Below, in pieces: positions 47,601 to 56,374 of a DNA stretch of 64,000 bases (positions are counted from its first letter, which is position 1; every line of letters starts with the position of its first letter). The notes below the pieces were generated by a model. It saw only the letters and a program-made list of their open reading frames with translations. It did not search any database and had not been told where the DNA came from. The stretch covers positions 32,001 through 96,000 of IMG/VR virus record IMGVR_UViG_3300046171_000225; one strand, 5' to 3'. A program made the translations under genes and the position numbers. Origin of the DNA: a virus.

Positions 47601-48053
47601 GCTGTTGACCGGCCACGAAACAGGAAGAAGTTCAATATCAATATTGAGACTTATGCTCCGGAAAAAGATTTTACTCTAGAGCAAGAGATCCAGAACATTG
47701 TTACTTTGACGGGAAGATTCCCTTTTGAAAGGATTATGTCTGAGGATGTTCTTGAGAGCCTGAAGAGAAACTGTATTCCTCCGATCTCCGAGTACGACCC
47801 TGAGATCATGGTAGTATGGCTTGTTCCTCGTTCAGTGAAGAAGAAGACAACCAGAAAGGGTAAGGATTATTTTGAGATTGAGGCTACGGATAGCAACTCT
47901 GTTATCACCAAAGTTCGATGTTGGGGCATCGACGTTAGCAAGGGTGATAAGATTGTTGTGAACGCTCCCTACATAGTAAAGCCCAGCCACAGTCCAGAAT
48001 GGGGATTCTCTACCCGAGGTAAGGTTGCCGTGAATTGGAAGATGCTTGCCTAA
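44616..48053 (+). CDS. dnaE: DNA polymerase III alpha subunit (family C)
   Basis: PHP (LHGHS, LTDHG), GRGSAAG, PDIDYD, HAGGVVI, KFDLLGL and YGFNKSH motifs. Confidence 0.96.
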   Translation: MKTSRIDFVNLHGHSVAGSIFDGLGFPQDHMNFAYENGCKALALTDHGNMNGLSHQVLHGKKMKKEGKDFKPIYGVEAYFVPSIAEWREEYEANLKDKKKARAIKKGDTSGATVEDESESKKSSKNILNRRRHLVLLAQNQKGLNNLFKLVSESYRPENFYRYPRIDFDLLEKYSEGIVAASACLGGVYAGCMWEHREEGEEAVLKAMRGITERFISIFGDRWYGELQWNNVPEQHDLNRYIIQMHKEYGIKLISTADSHYPDPNAWKDRELYKRLGWLGKGRPSWAEDGDLPISVDEIGYELYPKNGDQMWASYKKYSEECGTTYDDRLVLRSILETCDIAYNRIEDFFPDNTVRLPDFVIPPGETADTALEKFCLEGLRTKGLHTREDYINRLKHELEVIRDRGFSKYFLTMKEVTDIANEEMLTGPGRGSAAGALVAYALDITQVDPIEYGLLFSRFLRSDATDYPDIDYDVAEPMELKDILIDRWGDNVVAPISNWNTLQLKSLVKDISKLYEIPFTEVNNVTGKMMVEATGPAKEKHGIKSGVYNPTFEEVLEFSPTLQKFLLTYPHVAEHINALYGQVRSCSRHAGGVVIAEDLDYHMPLISSKNVRQTPWSEGQNVRHLEPMGFIKFDLLGLSTLRMIEGAVRHILKRHYNIENPTFKDVKDYYDKNLHPDTMDLADQEVYKNIFHTGKWAGVFQFTESGAQNFCVQVKPTSIIDIAAITSIYRPGPLAADVDKEYLKAKEQPQFVNYFNDMHKDITQETYGFLIFQEQIALLAHKLGKDLTLDEGNKLRKVLTKKGTGKEAEVKNKLHKKFVDGCVEKGITAKAANRMWETFEYFSGYGFNKSHAVSYSILSYQCAWLLNYYPSEWMAAFLDKEPETRKEQALSTAKSFGFDIEPININTSGDVWGISPNGKTLIQPLSAIKGLGAAAIQQILANRPFSDIEDFLFNENIVYSKLNKKCLDALVRAEALDLFMDERFTGRKHFWSAVAVDRPRNRKKFNINIETYAPEKDFTLEQEIQNIVTLTGRFPFERIMSEDVLESLKRNCIPPISEYDPEIMVVWLVPRSVKKKTTRKGKDYFEIEATDSNSVITKVRCWGIDVSKGDKIVVNAPYIVKPSHSPEWGFSTRGKVAVNWKMLA

Positions 48054-48090
48054 TCAAAAGACCTCAGTTAGCTTGTAGGCAGGAGGTCAT

Positions 48091-49035
48091 ATGCTGCCAA
48101 GAAGAATCGGTTACGCTTGTATCAACATGCAACTCTCCAACCCTAAAGAGTATGGTGGTGCTCCACGCGGCACCAAAAAGATTACTACAAATAGATCTAT
48201 GATCAAGAGAACCTTTTTGGCTGAGGGCACTAGTTATGCCTCTGAGTTGGGATTGCAAAATGTTAAAGACTTGTACAAGATTCTACAGTGGAACGAAGAA
48301 AATGGTTTTAACTTCTTTAGATTATCTTCTAACCTTTTTCCTTGGGCCTCGGAATATAACTGGGATCAATTACCAAACATTGAGTCTATTTGCGAATGGC
48401 TTGGCAGATCGGGAGATTTTGCCAAGAAGCACGGACACAGGATCACAGCACACCCAGGACCGTTCAACAAACTGACCAGTGGCGATGAGAGGATCATCGG
48501 CAACACAATTAAGGATCTTAGCATCCATGGCTGGACATTTGACCAGATGGGGCTACCAAGAACTCCTTGGGCTAAGATAAATATTCATGTTGGTGCTAGT
48601 TATGGTGACAAGCAAAAAGCTTGCGATAACTTTTGTCGCAACTTTGAGAGACTCCCAGACTCAGTAAAAAGCAGACTAACAGTTGAAAATGATGATAAAG
48701 CCTCCCTCTACTCGACCAAAGAATTGTATGAGCTTATTTTTTCGAGAATTGGTATACCCATTGTTCACGATATTCATCACCATGGTTTTTGTGATGGAGG
48801 ACTTTCTCAAGAAGAGGCCATATCCCTAGCAGCATCCACATGGGGAGACGTGGTTCCTGTTATCCACTACTCAGAAAGTAGGCCAAAAGAGCAGGGAGAC
48901 CCAAAGATTAAACCACAAGCACATTCAGATTATGTGTACGATTACATAGAAACTTATGGACATGAAATAGATTGTATGATAGAAGCAAAGCACAAAGAAC
49001 TTGCAGTCATTAAATGGCTGGAATTACACCGATGA
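48091..49035 (+). CDS. uvsE: UV damage endonuclease
   Basis: IGYACIN, FFRLSS, HPGPF, LTVENDD, HYSES, AHSD and MIEAK motifs. Confidence 0.92.
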   Translation: MLPRRIGYACINMQLSNPKEYGGAPRGTKKITTNRSMIKRTFLAEGTSYASELGLQNVKDLYKILQWNEENGFNFFRLSSNLFPWASEYNWDQLPNIESICEWLGRSGDFAKKHGHRITAHPGPFNKLTSGDERIIGNTIKDLSIHGWTFDQMGLPRTPWAKINIHVGASYGDKQKACDNFCRNFERLPDSVKSRLTVENDDKASLYSTKELYELIFSRIGIPIVHDIHHHGFCDGGLSQEEAISLAASTWGDVVPVIHYSESRPKEQGDPKIKPQAHSDYVYDYIETYGHEIDCMIEAKHKELAVIKWLELHR

Positions 49036-49044
49036 GGAGGAAAA

Positions 49045-49329
49045 ATGTTTAGCGTTTACGAATACAACAACGAAGAGAAGGAAGATACTGTCATGGATGA
49101 AAAGACTGAGAAGATGATCGAGTACATTCGTAGCCTCAAGGCAATTGAGGATGCTATGGAGCCTTACAAAGAGCAGAAGCGTGAACTCCGTAAGGACTTC
49201 AAGGAGCAGGGCTGGCTTACTGGTGACGAGATTAGTCTCACAGTTAAGGCCTACCGTATGATGAAGTCTGAGGTTGATATCGATGAGCTCGTCAAGATCT
49301 ACGATTCTCTTCGCGGAGGCAATAAATGA
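49045..49329 (+). CDS. Small dsDNA-binding protein (T4 DsbA/GapR-like, tentative)
   Basis: Helical pattern IEDAMEPYKEQKRELRKDFKEQG. Confidence 0.45.
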   Translation: MFSVYEYNNEEKEDTVMDEKTEKMIEYIRSLKAIEDAMEPYKEQKRELRKDFKEQGWLTGDEISLTVKAYRMMKSEVDIDELVKIYDSLRGGNK

Positions 49330-49781
49330 TTTTAGAGTACGTTGCACTCTCACATTGCAAGCATTCTCCTACAAGAGCAAATCCATCAGATGCTGGTCTT
49401 GACCTTTGTTTCAACCCAAAGGACGGAGCACAAACTGTTCTCCGACCCGGAGAATCTGTGGTTCTTGCAACTGGTTTAAAGTTTGGCATCCCACACGGGT
49501 ACATGCTCCAGATCATGAACCGTAGCGGCAACGCAGCTAAGCGCTCACTCATGGTTGGTGCTTGCGTCGTAGACGCTGGTTATGATGGTGAGGTATTTGT
49601 AAACCTTCATAACATGGGTACTATGAAGCAGATCATCAATCCCGGTGATAAGATTGCACAGGGTGTCGTTATCCCAGTAGTGCCTGTTCGGTTTATGGAA
49701 ACATCAATCGATGATCCTTATTGGTACCCAATTGCCATCTCTGAACGTGGTGATGGTGCTCTAGGGAGCACTGGCCAATGA
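49326..49781 (+). CDS. dut: Trimeric dUTPase
   Basis: DAGLDL, RSG, VVDAGYDGE, IAQ and RGDGALGSTG motifs. Confidence 0.93.
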   Translation: MILEYVALSHCKHSPTRANPSDAGLDLCFNPKDGAQTVLRPGESVVLATGLKFGIPHGYMLQIMNRSGNAAKRSLMVGACVVDAGYDGEVFVNLHNMGTMKQIINPGDKIAQGVVIPVVPVRFMETSIDDPYWYPIAISERGDGALGSTGQ

Positions 49782-49999
49782 ACCGCAAACAAAGAAGAGC
49801 AGCAAAGAAGCAGAAGTCTTCTGAAGCAATTGATACAAAGATGGCCCTGTTTGGCAAGTTGCCTGACAGTTGTGTGGCTTGTGGGAAACCTTTTGATAAA
49901 AAGGACAAAGACATGGCTATGACTTGGAGCGTTGCTGTGAGAGAAAAAGAAGAAATTGTAGACTTGTTTTGCCCTTCTTGTTGGTCCAAGCATGGCTGA
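49778..49999 (+). CDS. Small Zn-finger protein
   Basis: MNRKQRR start; CVAC...CPSC. Confidence 0.6.
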   Translation: MNRKQRRAAKKQKSSEAIDTKMALFGKLPDSCVACGKPFDKKDKDMAMTWSVAVREKEEIVDLFCPSCWSKHG

Positions 50000-50321
50000 C
50001 TATGGTTTTAACGAAAAAAACATAGTTTTTACTGACACAGACAAAAGACATGCGGACCTTAAGATCAGACTGCAGAGCGACGACCTCGGCCAGTCTGATT
50101 TTTTCCGTGCCATGATCACCGGCTATATAAACAAAGATCAACGGATTATATCTTTCCTGTATGATTGGAGAGAGAAAGAGAAGAAATACTCTAAGCGAAA
50201 AAGAAAGATCCAAGAGTCTTCTTTGAAAAAGGGAGATAAAATGATTTCTAAATTTGGAATCAACGAAGAAGAACTAGAAAACATATTCGATATGCTAGAA
50301 CAAGAACATCCAGACCTCTAG
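49992..50321 (+). CDS. Hypothetical protein
   Basis: Overlap-coupled ORF. Confidence 0.55.
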   Translation: MADYGFNEKNIVFTDTDKRHADLKIRLQSDDLGQSDFFRAMITGYINKDQRIISFLYDWREKEKKYSKRKRKIQESSLKKGDKMISKFGINEEELENIFDMLEQEHPDL

Positions 50322-50391
50322 CATAAAAAATGGTTTTTTAAAATTAAAACTACTATTTATACATGTAATCTGTTTACAGGAGATTTTTACT

Positions 50392-51072
50392 ATGAGCAAG
50401 GACAAGCTTCTTAATGAGTCAACCATCCGTCGTTTCATGAAACTAGCAGACATGCAGGCAATGTCTAACGAGTTTTTGACCGAGATGGGCAAAGGTATGT
50501 ACGGTATGAAAGACGACATGGACGAAGGCATGTACGGCATGAAAGATGACATGGACGAAGACATGCACGGTATGAAAGACGACATGGATGAAGCCATGCA
50601 TGGCATGGAAGACGACATGAAAGACAAGGACATGAAAGACATGGACATGGAAGACGAGGATGAGGATCCTGTTGTCGATATGGATGCTGAGCCTGAGCTT
50701 GACATGGAAGAGGAAGAGATGGACGAGGTCGAGATCACTGAAGACGACCGCGCTGCTCTAGCAGCCGCTATCCCTGTTCTTGAGAAGATTGCTAGTGCTG
50801 CTAAGGCGATGGACATGGACATGGACATGCCTGCTAAGATGGACGCCGAAGAAGAGCCAATGATGGAGGGCGAGATCGAAGAGGCCATGCACGCCATGAA
50901 AGACGACATGGAAGAGGCGATGCACGCCATGAAAGATGACATGGAAGAAGGCATGCACGGCATGAAAGACGAGCTTGACGAGGTTGAGCTTATTGATGAG
51001 GACGAGCTAGTTCAGGAAGTCACTCGCAGAGTTGCTGATAGACTTCGTTCCATTCTTGCTTCAAAGAAGTGA
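50392..51072 (+). CDS. Met/Asp/Glu-rich repeat protein, possible scaffold or internal head protein
   Basis: 11-aa repeats (GMYGMKDDMDE / AMHAMKDDMEE); own ACTATTTA at 50352 and own terminator. Confidence 0.7.
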   Translation: MSKDKLLNESTIRRFMKLADMQAMSNEFLTEMGKGMYGMKDDMDEGMYGMKDDMDEDMHGMKDDMDEAMHGMEDDMKDKDMKDMDMEDEDEDPVVDMDAEPELDMEEEEMDEVEITEDDRAALAAAIPVLEKIASAAKAMDMDMDMPAKMDAEEEPMMEGEIEEAMHAMKDDMEEAMHAMKDDMEEGMHGMKDELDEVELIDEDELVQEVTRRVADRLRSILASKK

Positions 51073-51091
51073 ACAGTAGATTACAAGTTTT

Positions 51092-51123
51092 AAAAAGCTG
51101 TGCTTAGGCACAGCTTTTTTTTT
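51092..51123 (+). terminator. Intrinsic terminator
   Basis: AAAAAGCTGTGC/GCACAGCTTTTT stem followed by a T run. Confidence 0.85.
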
Positions 51124-51173
51124 CTTGACATAAAGTTAAAAAGTGTTTAATTATAAATAGACTTGGAGTTTAA

Positions 51174-51812
51174 ATGTCTGAAGAAGTTGATCTGCCACAG
51201 GAGGTTACGGAATCCTTGGTTTTGGCAGATCCTGGTGCTTTGAATACTATAGGCCTTATTGGCGATGTTACCGAAGAGACGTCGAACGAGCTTATCTTTT
51301 CTCTACTCATGATGAAAGAGAAACAAGAGTTGGACTACTACACCGCCCTTGCAGTTTCGCAAGCGGAAGAAGATGTTGAAGAGCCAGAGAAGCCAGATAT
51401 TAATTTTTATATTTCTACAAACGGTGGCTCGGCAGACGAGATGTTTGCTATCTATGATGTCATGCGTCTTATCAAAAGTAGAGACGTGACCTCGGTTTGT
51501 ACTTATGGACTTGGAAAAGTTATGTCTGCAGGGGTTTTACTTCTTGCAGCAGGGACCAAGGGAAAGAGAAGAGTTGGCAAACATTGCAGAGTCATGATAC
51601 ATTCTGTTATCGGAGGGTCCACAGGGCCTATGCATCAGCTAGAGAATGAGTTTTCAGAGGTCAAGAAGATCCAGGATAACTACATAAGTGCTCTAGTTTC
51701 CGAGACTAATATGACAGAAGAATATCTAAGAGACCTATTGAAGAAGAAGATAAATGTTTACCTGTCTGCTGAAGAAGCAGTCGAACTTGGAATCGCAGAC
51801 GAAGTGTGCTAG
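51174..51812 (+). CDS. clpP: ClpP-like protease subunit
   Basis: FYISTNGG, VMSAG (catalytic Ser), MIHS and YLSAEEAVELGIADEV. Confidence 0.88.
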   Translation: MSEEVDLPQEVTESLVLADPGALNTIGLIGDVTEETSNELIFSLLMMKEKQELDYYTALAVSQAEEDVEEPEKPDINFYISTNGGSADEMFAIYDVMRLIKSRDVTSVCTYGLGKVMSAGVLLLAAGTKGKRRVGKHCRVMIHSVIGGSTGPMHQLENEFSEVKKIQDNYISALVSETNMTEEYLRDLLKKKINVYLSAEEAVELGIADEVC

Positions 51813-51820
51813 GAGGTACA

Positions 51821-53368
51821 GTGTCTAAGAAATATTGCTCTAATCAAGAACTAGAAAGTAGAATCGCCAGCGGGATCAATAAGTTGGCAGATAATGTGGC
51901 CTCTACCCTTGGCCCAAGAGGAAGGAACGTTATCCTTCAGAAAAAGGATTCTAATCCAATCGTAACAAAAGACGGAGTCACAGTAGCCGAGTTTGTAGAG
52001 CTTGAAGATCCGTTTGAGAATCTAGGTGCTCAAGTCATCAAGCAGGCTTCGAGAGTTACTAACGCAGAAGCTGGCGATGGCACTACTACAGCCACGGTCT
52101 TGGCTAGGGCGATGTACCGGAACGCCAGAAAGTATATTTCTTCTGGTCATGCTCCTATTCAGATCAAGCGCGAGATGGATAAGACTGTTTCTGAAGTTGT
52201 AGAGAGTCTTTCGGAGCTTGCAAGTCCTATTTCTTCTATTGAAGACATCCGTCATATTGCTACTATCTCAGCCAACAATGATCCTGAGATAGGTGAACTA
52301 ATTGCAAAAGCAGTTGAAAGTGTTGGCAAGGATGGCTCTATCACTGTCGAAGAAGCACGCTCTCTTCAGACTAGCCTAGACTTGGTAGAGGGCTTTAGGC
52401 TTGGCTCTGGCTATGCTTCTAGTTCCTTTATCACTGATGAGCGTCGTGGGGCTGTCGTATACGAAGATGTATTTGTTTTAGTTGCTGATGCTAAGATTGA
52501 TAAGGTAGACGACATTCTACCTGTCTTGGAAGTTATAGCGAGGGAGGGACGACCTTTGGTGATCGTCGCTTCAGATATTGAAGGGCAGGCACTAGCTGCT
52601 TTGATTATGAATAGTATGCGTGGAACAATGAAGGTAGCTGCTGTTAAGGCTCCCGGCTATGGCGAAGAGAGAAGAGGTATCTTGAACGACCTTTGTTTGA
52701 CCACTGGTGCTACTTATGTCACTAGATCTAGTGGCCTCAAGCTAAAAGAGGTAACTCTAGAGCATCTAGGTATGGCTAAGAAAATTGATATAACAAAGGC
52801 AGTTACTACAATTGTGGGAGGCAAAGGAGACTACGCCGAGGTCGATAGAAAAATCGAAGCCCTCAAGATCGAAGCTGCACAGACCGATTCGATGAATGAA
52901 GCTGAAAGAATTCAGCAGAGAATCACTAGACTTGCTGCTGGTATTGCTATCATCCGAGTAGGCGCTGCCACTGAAGTCGAGATGATAGAAAAGAAACATC
53001 GTATTGAAGATGCCTTAGAAGCAGTCAAGGCTGCTAGAGATGAAGGCATTGTTCCCGGTGGCGGTGTTGCTCTTGTCCGTACCGTCCCTAAGGGCAAACT
53101 CACTGGTGCTCAGGCTGTTGTTTACGATGCTATATGCGAGCCGATTAGGCAGATGGCCTTCAATGCTGGTGAAAGCCCAGACGTAGTCCTAGACAGAGTC
53201 AAGAAACTTAAAGGCTCTAAAGGGTGGGACTTTAACGATAGTAAGGTTGTAGATATGCTTGAACAAGGCGTTATTGATCCTGTGAAGGTTACTAGAACAG
53301 CATTGCAGAATGCTTGCTCAGCAGTTGGGGCTCTCATAACTAGTGGCTATGCCATTGTGGAGGACTGA
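51821..53368 (+). CDS. groEL: Chaperonin GroEL
   Basis: TLGPRGRNV, TKDGVTVA, GDGTTTA, KAPGYG, GIVPGGG and IDPVKV; GTG after AGGAGG; no GGM tail. Confidence 0.95.
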   Translation: MSKKYCSNQELESRIASGINKLADNVASTLGPRGRNVILQKKDSNPIVTKDGVTVAEFVELEDPFENLGAQVIKQASRVTNAEAGDGTTTATVLARAMYRNARKYISSGHAPIQIKREMDKTVSEVVESLSELASPISSIEDIRHIATISANNDPEIGELIAKAVESVGKDGSITVEEARSLQTSLDLVEGFRLGSGYASSSFITDERRGAVVYEDVFVLVADAKIDKVDDILPVLEVIAREGRPLVIVASDIEGQALAALIMNSMRGTMKVAAVKAPGYGEERRGILNDLCLTTGATYVTRSSGLKLKEVTLEHLGMAKKIDITKAVTTIVGGKGDYAEVDRKIEALKIEAAQTDSMNEAERIQQRITRLAAGIAIIRVGAATEVEMIEKKHRIEDALEAVKAARDEGIVPGGGVALVRTVPKGKLTGAQAVVYDAICEPIRQMAFNAGESPDVVLDRVKKLKGSKGWDFNDSKVVDMLEQGVIDPVKVTRTALQNACSAVGALITSGYAIVED

Positions 53369-53655
53369 TGCGAGCAAACATTAGTTTTTCTGTTGATTTT
53401 GAGAAAGTACCAGCAGAGCTTTCTAGACTTGTTGATCATCAAGGTCAGGAGGTTATGTCAAAGTGTGCAGATATTATTAGATGCTTGTCGGATGGAAACT
53501 TCATTAAAGCAAGAGAGTCCATCTTTGAGGCTCGCAGAGCTTTAGGTAATGCTGAAGTCCGGCTGGCAGAGATTGATAGAATACTAGCTGGGTATGTTTC
53601 TTTGCAGAACGGCGAAGTTGAGGACGAACAGGAACCCGCCAATGAAGATGGGTGA
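53368..53655 (+). CDS. Hypothetical protein
   Basis: TGATG-coupled ORF. Confidence 0.55.
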   Translation: MRANISFSVDFEKVPAELSRLVDHQGQEVMSKCADIIRCLSDGNFIKARESIFEARRALGNAEVRLAEIDRILAGYVSLQNGEVEDEQEPANEDG

Positions 53656-53857
53656 TGTTGTACATGTCCCAGCGAACGTCAACCTGAGAAAAACTATCCC
53701 AGGTCAAGGCCTTTTACTTTACCAAACAACCGTTCCAAAAAAAGCTTTATACATTCAGGACTTGATTAACTCTCGTCCTGAGTGTTGTGAGATTGAATAT
53801 GGCGGTGACGTTTGGATAGCTAAAAAAAGAGATATAAAACTTTTGGAGATCAAATGA
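53642..53857 (+). CDS. Small SH3-like hypothetical protein
   Basis: MKMGDVVHV start. Confidence 0.5.
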   Translation: MKMGDVVHVPANVNLRKTIPGQGLLLYQTTVPKKALYIQDLINSRPECCEIEYGGDVWIAKKRDIKLLEIK

Positions 53858-54132
53858 TTGTGGAATTGACTAGAGTGCAATATGGCACTGGAACACATGG
53901 AGCAGGAAGCCTCGAAAGAGTTCTTATTAACACCGACTATATTGTATACATTAAGCCTACGGCTCCTCCTGAATTAGTTGAGAATGTTCGGAGCACACTT
54001 CACAAGGATGTGCAGTTTTCAAGGCTAGTATTAGATCATTCTAGTCATATGAGCGACATCACCGTTGTTGGATCTCCAGAATCTCTTGCGTCTAAGATTA
54101 GTATGGCAAGAACACAACTACTAAAAGGCTAG
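53854..54132 (+). CDS. Hypothetical protein
   Basis: VLINTDYIVYI; ends LLKG. Confidence 0.55.
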   Translation: MIVELTRVQYGTGTHGAGSLERVLINTDYIVYIKPTAPPELVENVRSTLHKDVQFSRLVLDHSSHMSDITVVGSPESLASKISMARTQLLKG

Positions 54133-54172
54133 AAGCTTGTTGGCCACCTATTTATAAATGGGGGGCATTCTT

Positions 54173-54316
54173 ATGTTTAAAGTTAACAAATGTATAAAAC
54201 TTGAAGATAGAGACATAGATCTATTTCTTCTTAAATTGTTAACAATTTATGAGAATTACGATTTTTGCGAAGCACTTTTATTATTGGTATTAACTTCAGA
54301 TATGGGTGAGGCATGA
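54173..54316 (+). CDS. 47-aa hypothetical protein
   Basis: GGGGG RBS, CCTATTTA upstream, ATGA overlap with the cupin gene. Confidence 0.45.
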   Translation: MFKVNKCIKLEDRDIDLFLLKLLTIYENYDFCEALLLLVLTSDMGEA

Positions 54317-54660
54317 GCGGAAAAAGAATTGATAAGCCATGGGGATACGAAGAGATTTGGGCACATACCGACAAGTACGTTGGAAAAGTTCTTCATATCT
54401 TCAAAGGTCGTCGTTTATCTGAGCAATTTCATAGAGTAAAAGACGAAACTATTTATGTTTTGAGTGGCGACCTACAGCTTGAGATCAATGGCGGAGAGCA
54501 GATCCTAATTCTGTCTCCGGGTGAGAGCTATCGTATTGAAACTGGAGTTATCCACCGTTTTGTAGCGTCTGAGCATGGCACAGACGTCAGACTTATGGAA
54601 GTGAGTACACCAGAGCTAGGTGATGTAGTCAGGACAGAGGATGACTACGGTCGAGAGTGA
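54313..54660 (+). CDS. Cupin (mannose-6-phosphate isomerase type II C-terminal-like)
   Basis: KPWG, LSEQFH..KDETIYVLSG, HRF and DVVRTEDDYGR. Confidence 0.8.
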   Translation: MSGKRIDKPWGYEEIWAHTDKYVGKVLHIFKGRRLSEQFHRVKDETIYVLSGDLQLEINGGEQILILSPGESYRIETGVIHRFVASEHGTDVRLMEVSTPELGDVVRTEDDYGRE

Positions 54661-54680
54661 CAAAAACAATGTTACCATTT

Positions 54681-54720
54681 AAGGCTTCCCGCACTATTTA
54701 GTACAGTGCGGAGAAGCTTT
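54681..54720 (+). promoter_or_regulatory. ACTATTTA motif inside a 15-bp RBS-occluding hairpin
   Basis: AAGGCTTCCCGCACT pairs with AGTGCGG(A)GAAGCTTT; ATG at 54722. Confidence 0.65.
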
Positions 54721-54721
54721 T

Positions 54722-55096
54722 ATGTCTATTAGGGTTAAAATTAAAAAACCATTAGAGCAGTTGCTTGAGAAAAGAGAAAAAGAAGCTTATCACAGAATTA
54801 ACTTGCAAGTAAAAGTTAAGAAAAAAGCAGACACAGATATTACTGACGTGTTCAACCAGATTCGAGGAATCAACGGAGTTACAACTCTCCGACAGGAAAA
54901 AGCTGTTGCTGATATGGGTACTTTTTACTTATGCGACATCGTTGTAAAGTTTCTCACTAAAGGCGTTCCTCTCAAGCAGTACGTTTATAATGTGCTTGTT
55001 AACCAGATAAACAGCGAAATGGAAGTAAGAGGTGTTCCGGGAGCAACAGTCAAAATGATTAACTGGAACTCTTTGGATCGTGCGCCTAAAAATTAG
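54722..55096 (+). CDS. Hypothetical protein
   Basis: DVFNQIRGINGVT. Confidence 0.55.
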   Translation: MSIRVKIKKPLEQLLEKREKEAYHRINLQVKVKKKADTDITDVFNQIRGINGVTTLRQEKAVADMGTFYLCDIVVKFLTKGVPLKQYVYNVLVNQINSEMEVRGVPGATVKMINWNSLDRAPKN

Positions 55097-55143
55097 TTGA
55101 CGGCTACATCCAACGGTCTTAAGTATGTATAGCCGGGGGATGA

Positions 55144-55932
55144 ATGAGCGACGTCATCAAGACGGATGAATTCCTAGAATATGTTCAAGCCAACTCTGAC
55201 AGGATCTGGATCTTTCTAGACACTGAGACGTTAGGGTTCAATCCCGACAAGCACCAGATGACCGAGGTAGCCGCGAAGGCTGTCCGGTTTACAGACAAGG
55301 GTATCGAAGAAGTAGGCCTATATCATGAAAAGGCCAAGCTCTTGTCCTTGACTAGGTTGCGTATGATGAGGCCATACAGGGGGAAAGGTCTATCTTACCA
55401 AGACCTCCTCAAGATGACTAACTACGGAGAACCCTTAAACAACCGAACCTACATCGATGAGAAAGACATGCTCAGCGGGGTTCTTGATTTTATTGATGGG
55501 TATGATGATCCTATACTAGTGGCACACAACTCTTCTTTTGATATGAGATACCTAAACGGAAGGCACAACTGCTACTGCAGAAATAAGAATCCTTATGACG
55601 ACTATGAAGTTCTTGATACCCTGAAAGTTATGAAGACTTACTTCACAGCTTATGTTGCGACTGAATCTAAAAGGTTTAAGCATCGGTGGCTGGCAGAAGA
55701 TGAAAAGAACCACATAGTCGAGATGAGAAGGGTCAGGAAAGCCCTTCAGAAAAAGAAAAAGAGGATGTCTCTTAAGCTGGGTAATGTGGCTGCAGCTTTG
55801 AAGATAAACTCTGACGGCTGGCACTCTGCTAAATTTGATGTAGAGATATTAATATCGACCGTGCAACAAATGCTTGTACTATTTAATAATGGTAAAGGTA
55901 AAGAGTTCTATCCGGAGAAAACATTTCTATGA
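55144..55932 (+). CDS. DEDDh 3'-5' exonuclease (DnaQ-like)
   Basis: LDTETLG, AHNSSFD, DTL and HSAKFD motifs. Confidence 0.88.
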   Translation: MSDVIKTDEFLEYVQANSDRIWIFLDTETLGFNPDKHQMTEVAAKAVRFTDKGIEEVGLYHEKAKLLSLTRLRMMRPYRGKGLSYQDLLKMTNYGEPLNNRTYIDEKDMLSGVLDFIDGYDDPILVAHNSSFDMRYLNGRHNCYCRNKNPYDDYEVLDTLKVMKTYFTAYVATESKRFKHRWLAEDEKNHIVEMRRVRKALQKKKKRMSLKLGNVAAALKINSDGWHSAKFDVEILISTVQQMLVLFNNGKGKEFYPEKTFL

Positions 55933-56330
55933 TTATAAAGATAAAAAAACATATAGTTTCTAAAGTCTTATTCATCAGAGAAGGGGAAGTTCTCATCTTA
56001 AAGAGAGCGCAGGTCCCCTCTTTGAGATCCCCATGGACTTGGGATCTGCCGGGTGGCCATATGGAACCTGGCGAAACCCCTGAAGAAGGGGCTTATAGAG
56101 AGGTAATGGAAGAGATCAGTATCACTCCAGGGTCACTCTCCAAGATCCATGAAGAGTCTAATGCTGGGAAGCACACTCATTTTTATATTTGTGAATCTTG
56201 GGAGGGTGATGTGACTCTGTCGCACGAGCACAAGAGCTACAAGTGGGTTTCGCCACAGGAAATGGAAGAATACAAGCTCCGAATTGGCAAAATGTACTAT
56301 GAAGTTATCATGAGAGCCATGAAAACATAA
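55929..56330 (+). CDS. NUDIX hydrolase
   Basis: PGGHMEPGETPEEGAYREVMEE. Confidence 0.9.
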   Translation: MIIKIKKHIVSKVLFIREGEVLILKRAQVPSLRSPWTWDLPGGHMEPGETPEEGAYREVMEEISITPGSLSKIHEESNAGKHTHFYICESWEGDVTLSHEHKSYKWVSPQEMEEYKLRIGKMYYEVIMRAMKT

Positions 56331-56374
56331 AAATGGTTTATTAGCTCCTATTTACTCTTAGGGGGTATTAAACT

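Noticed and set aside
44616-48053. Inteins or introns in dnaE, nrdJ, helicase or recA
   Set aside because: Lengths and motif spacing look normal, and no intein splice or homing endonuclease motifs were seen.
50295-50963. 222-aa minus-strand Ser/Met-rich ORF
   Set aside because: It is the antisense shadow of the repeat gene, which has the RBS, promoter motif and terminator on the + strand.
51125-51159. Definite promoter call upstream of clpP
   Set aside because: TTGACA is present but the -10 at 17 nt (TAATTA) is poor, and the overlapping TATAAATA is a lone T4-like match; the promoter class cannot be resolved.
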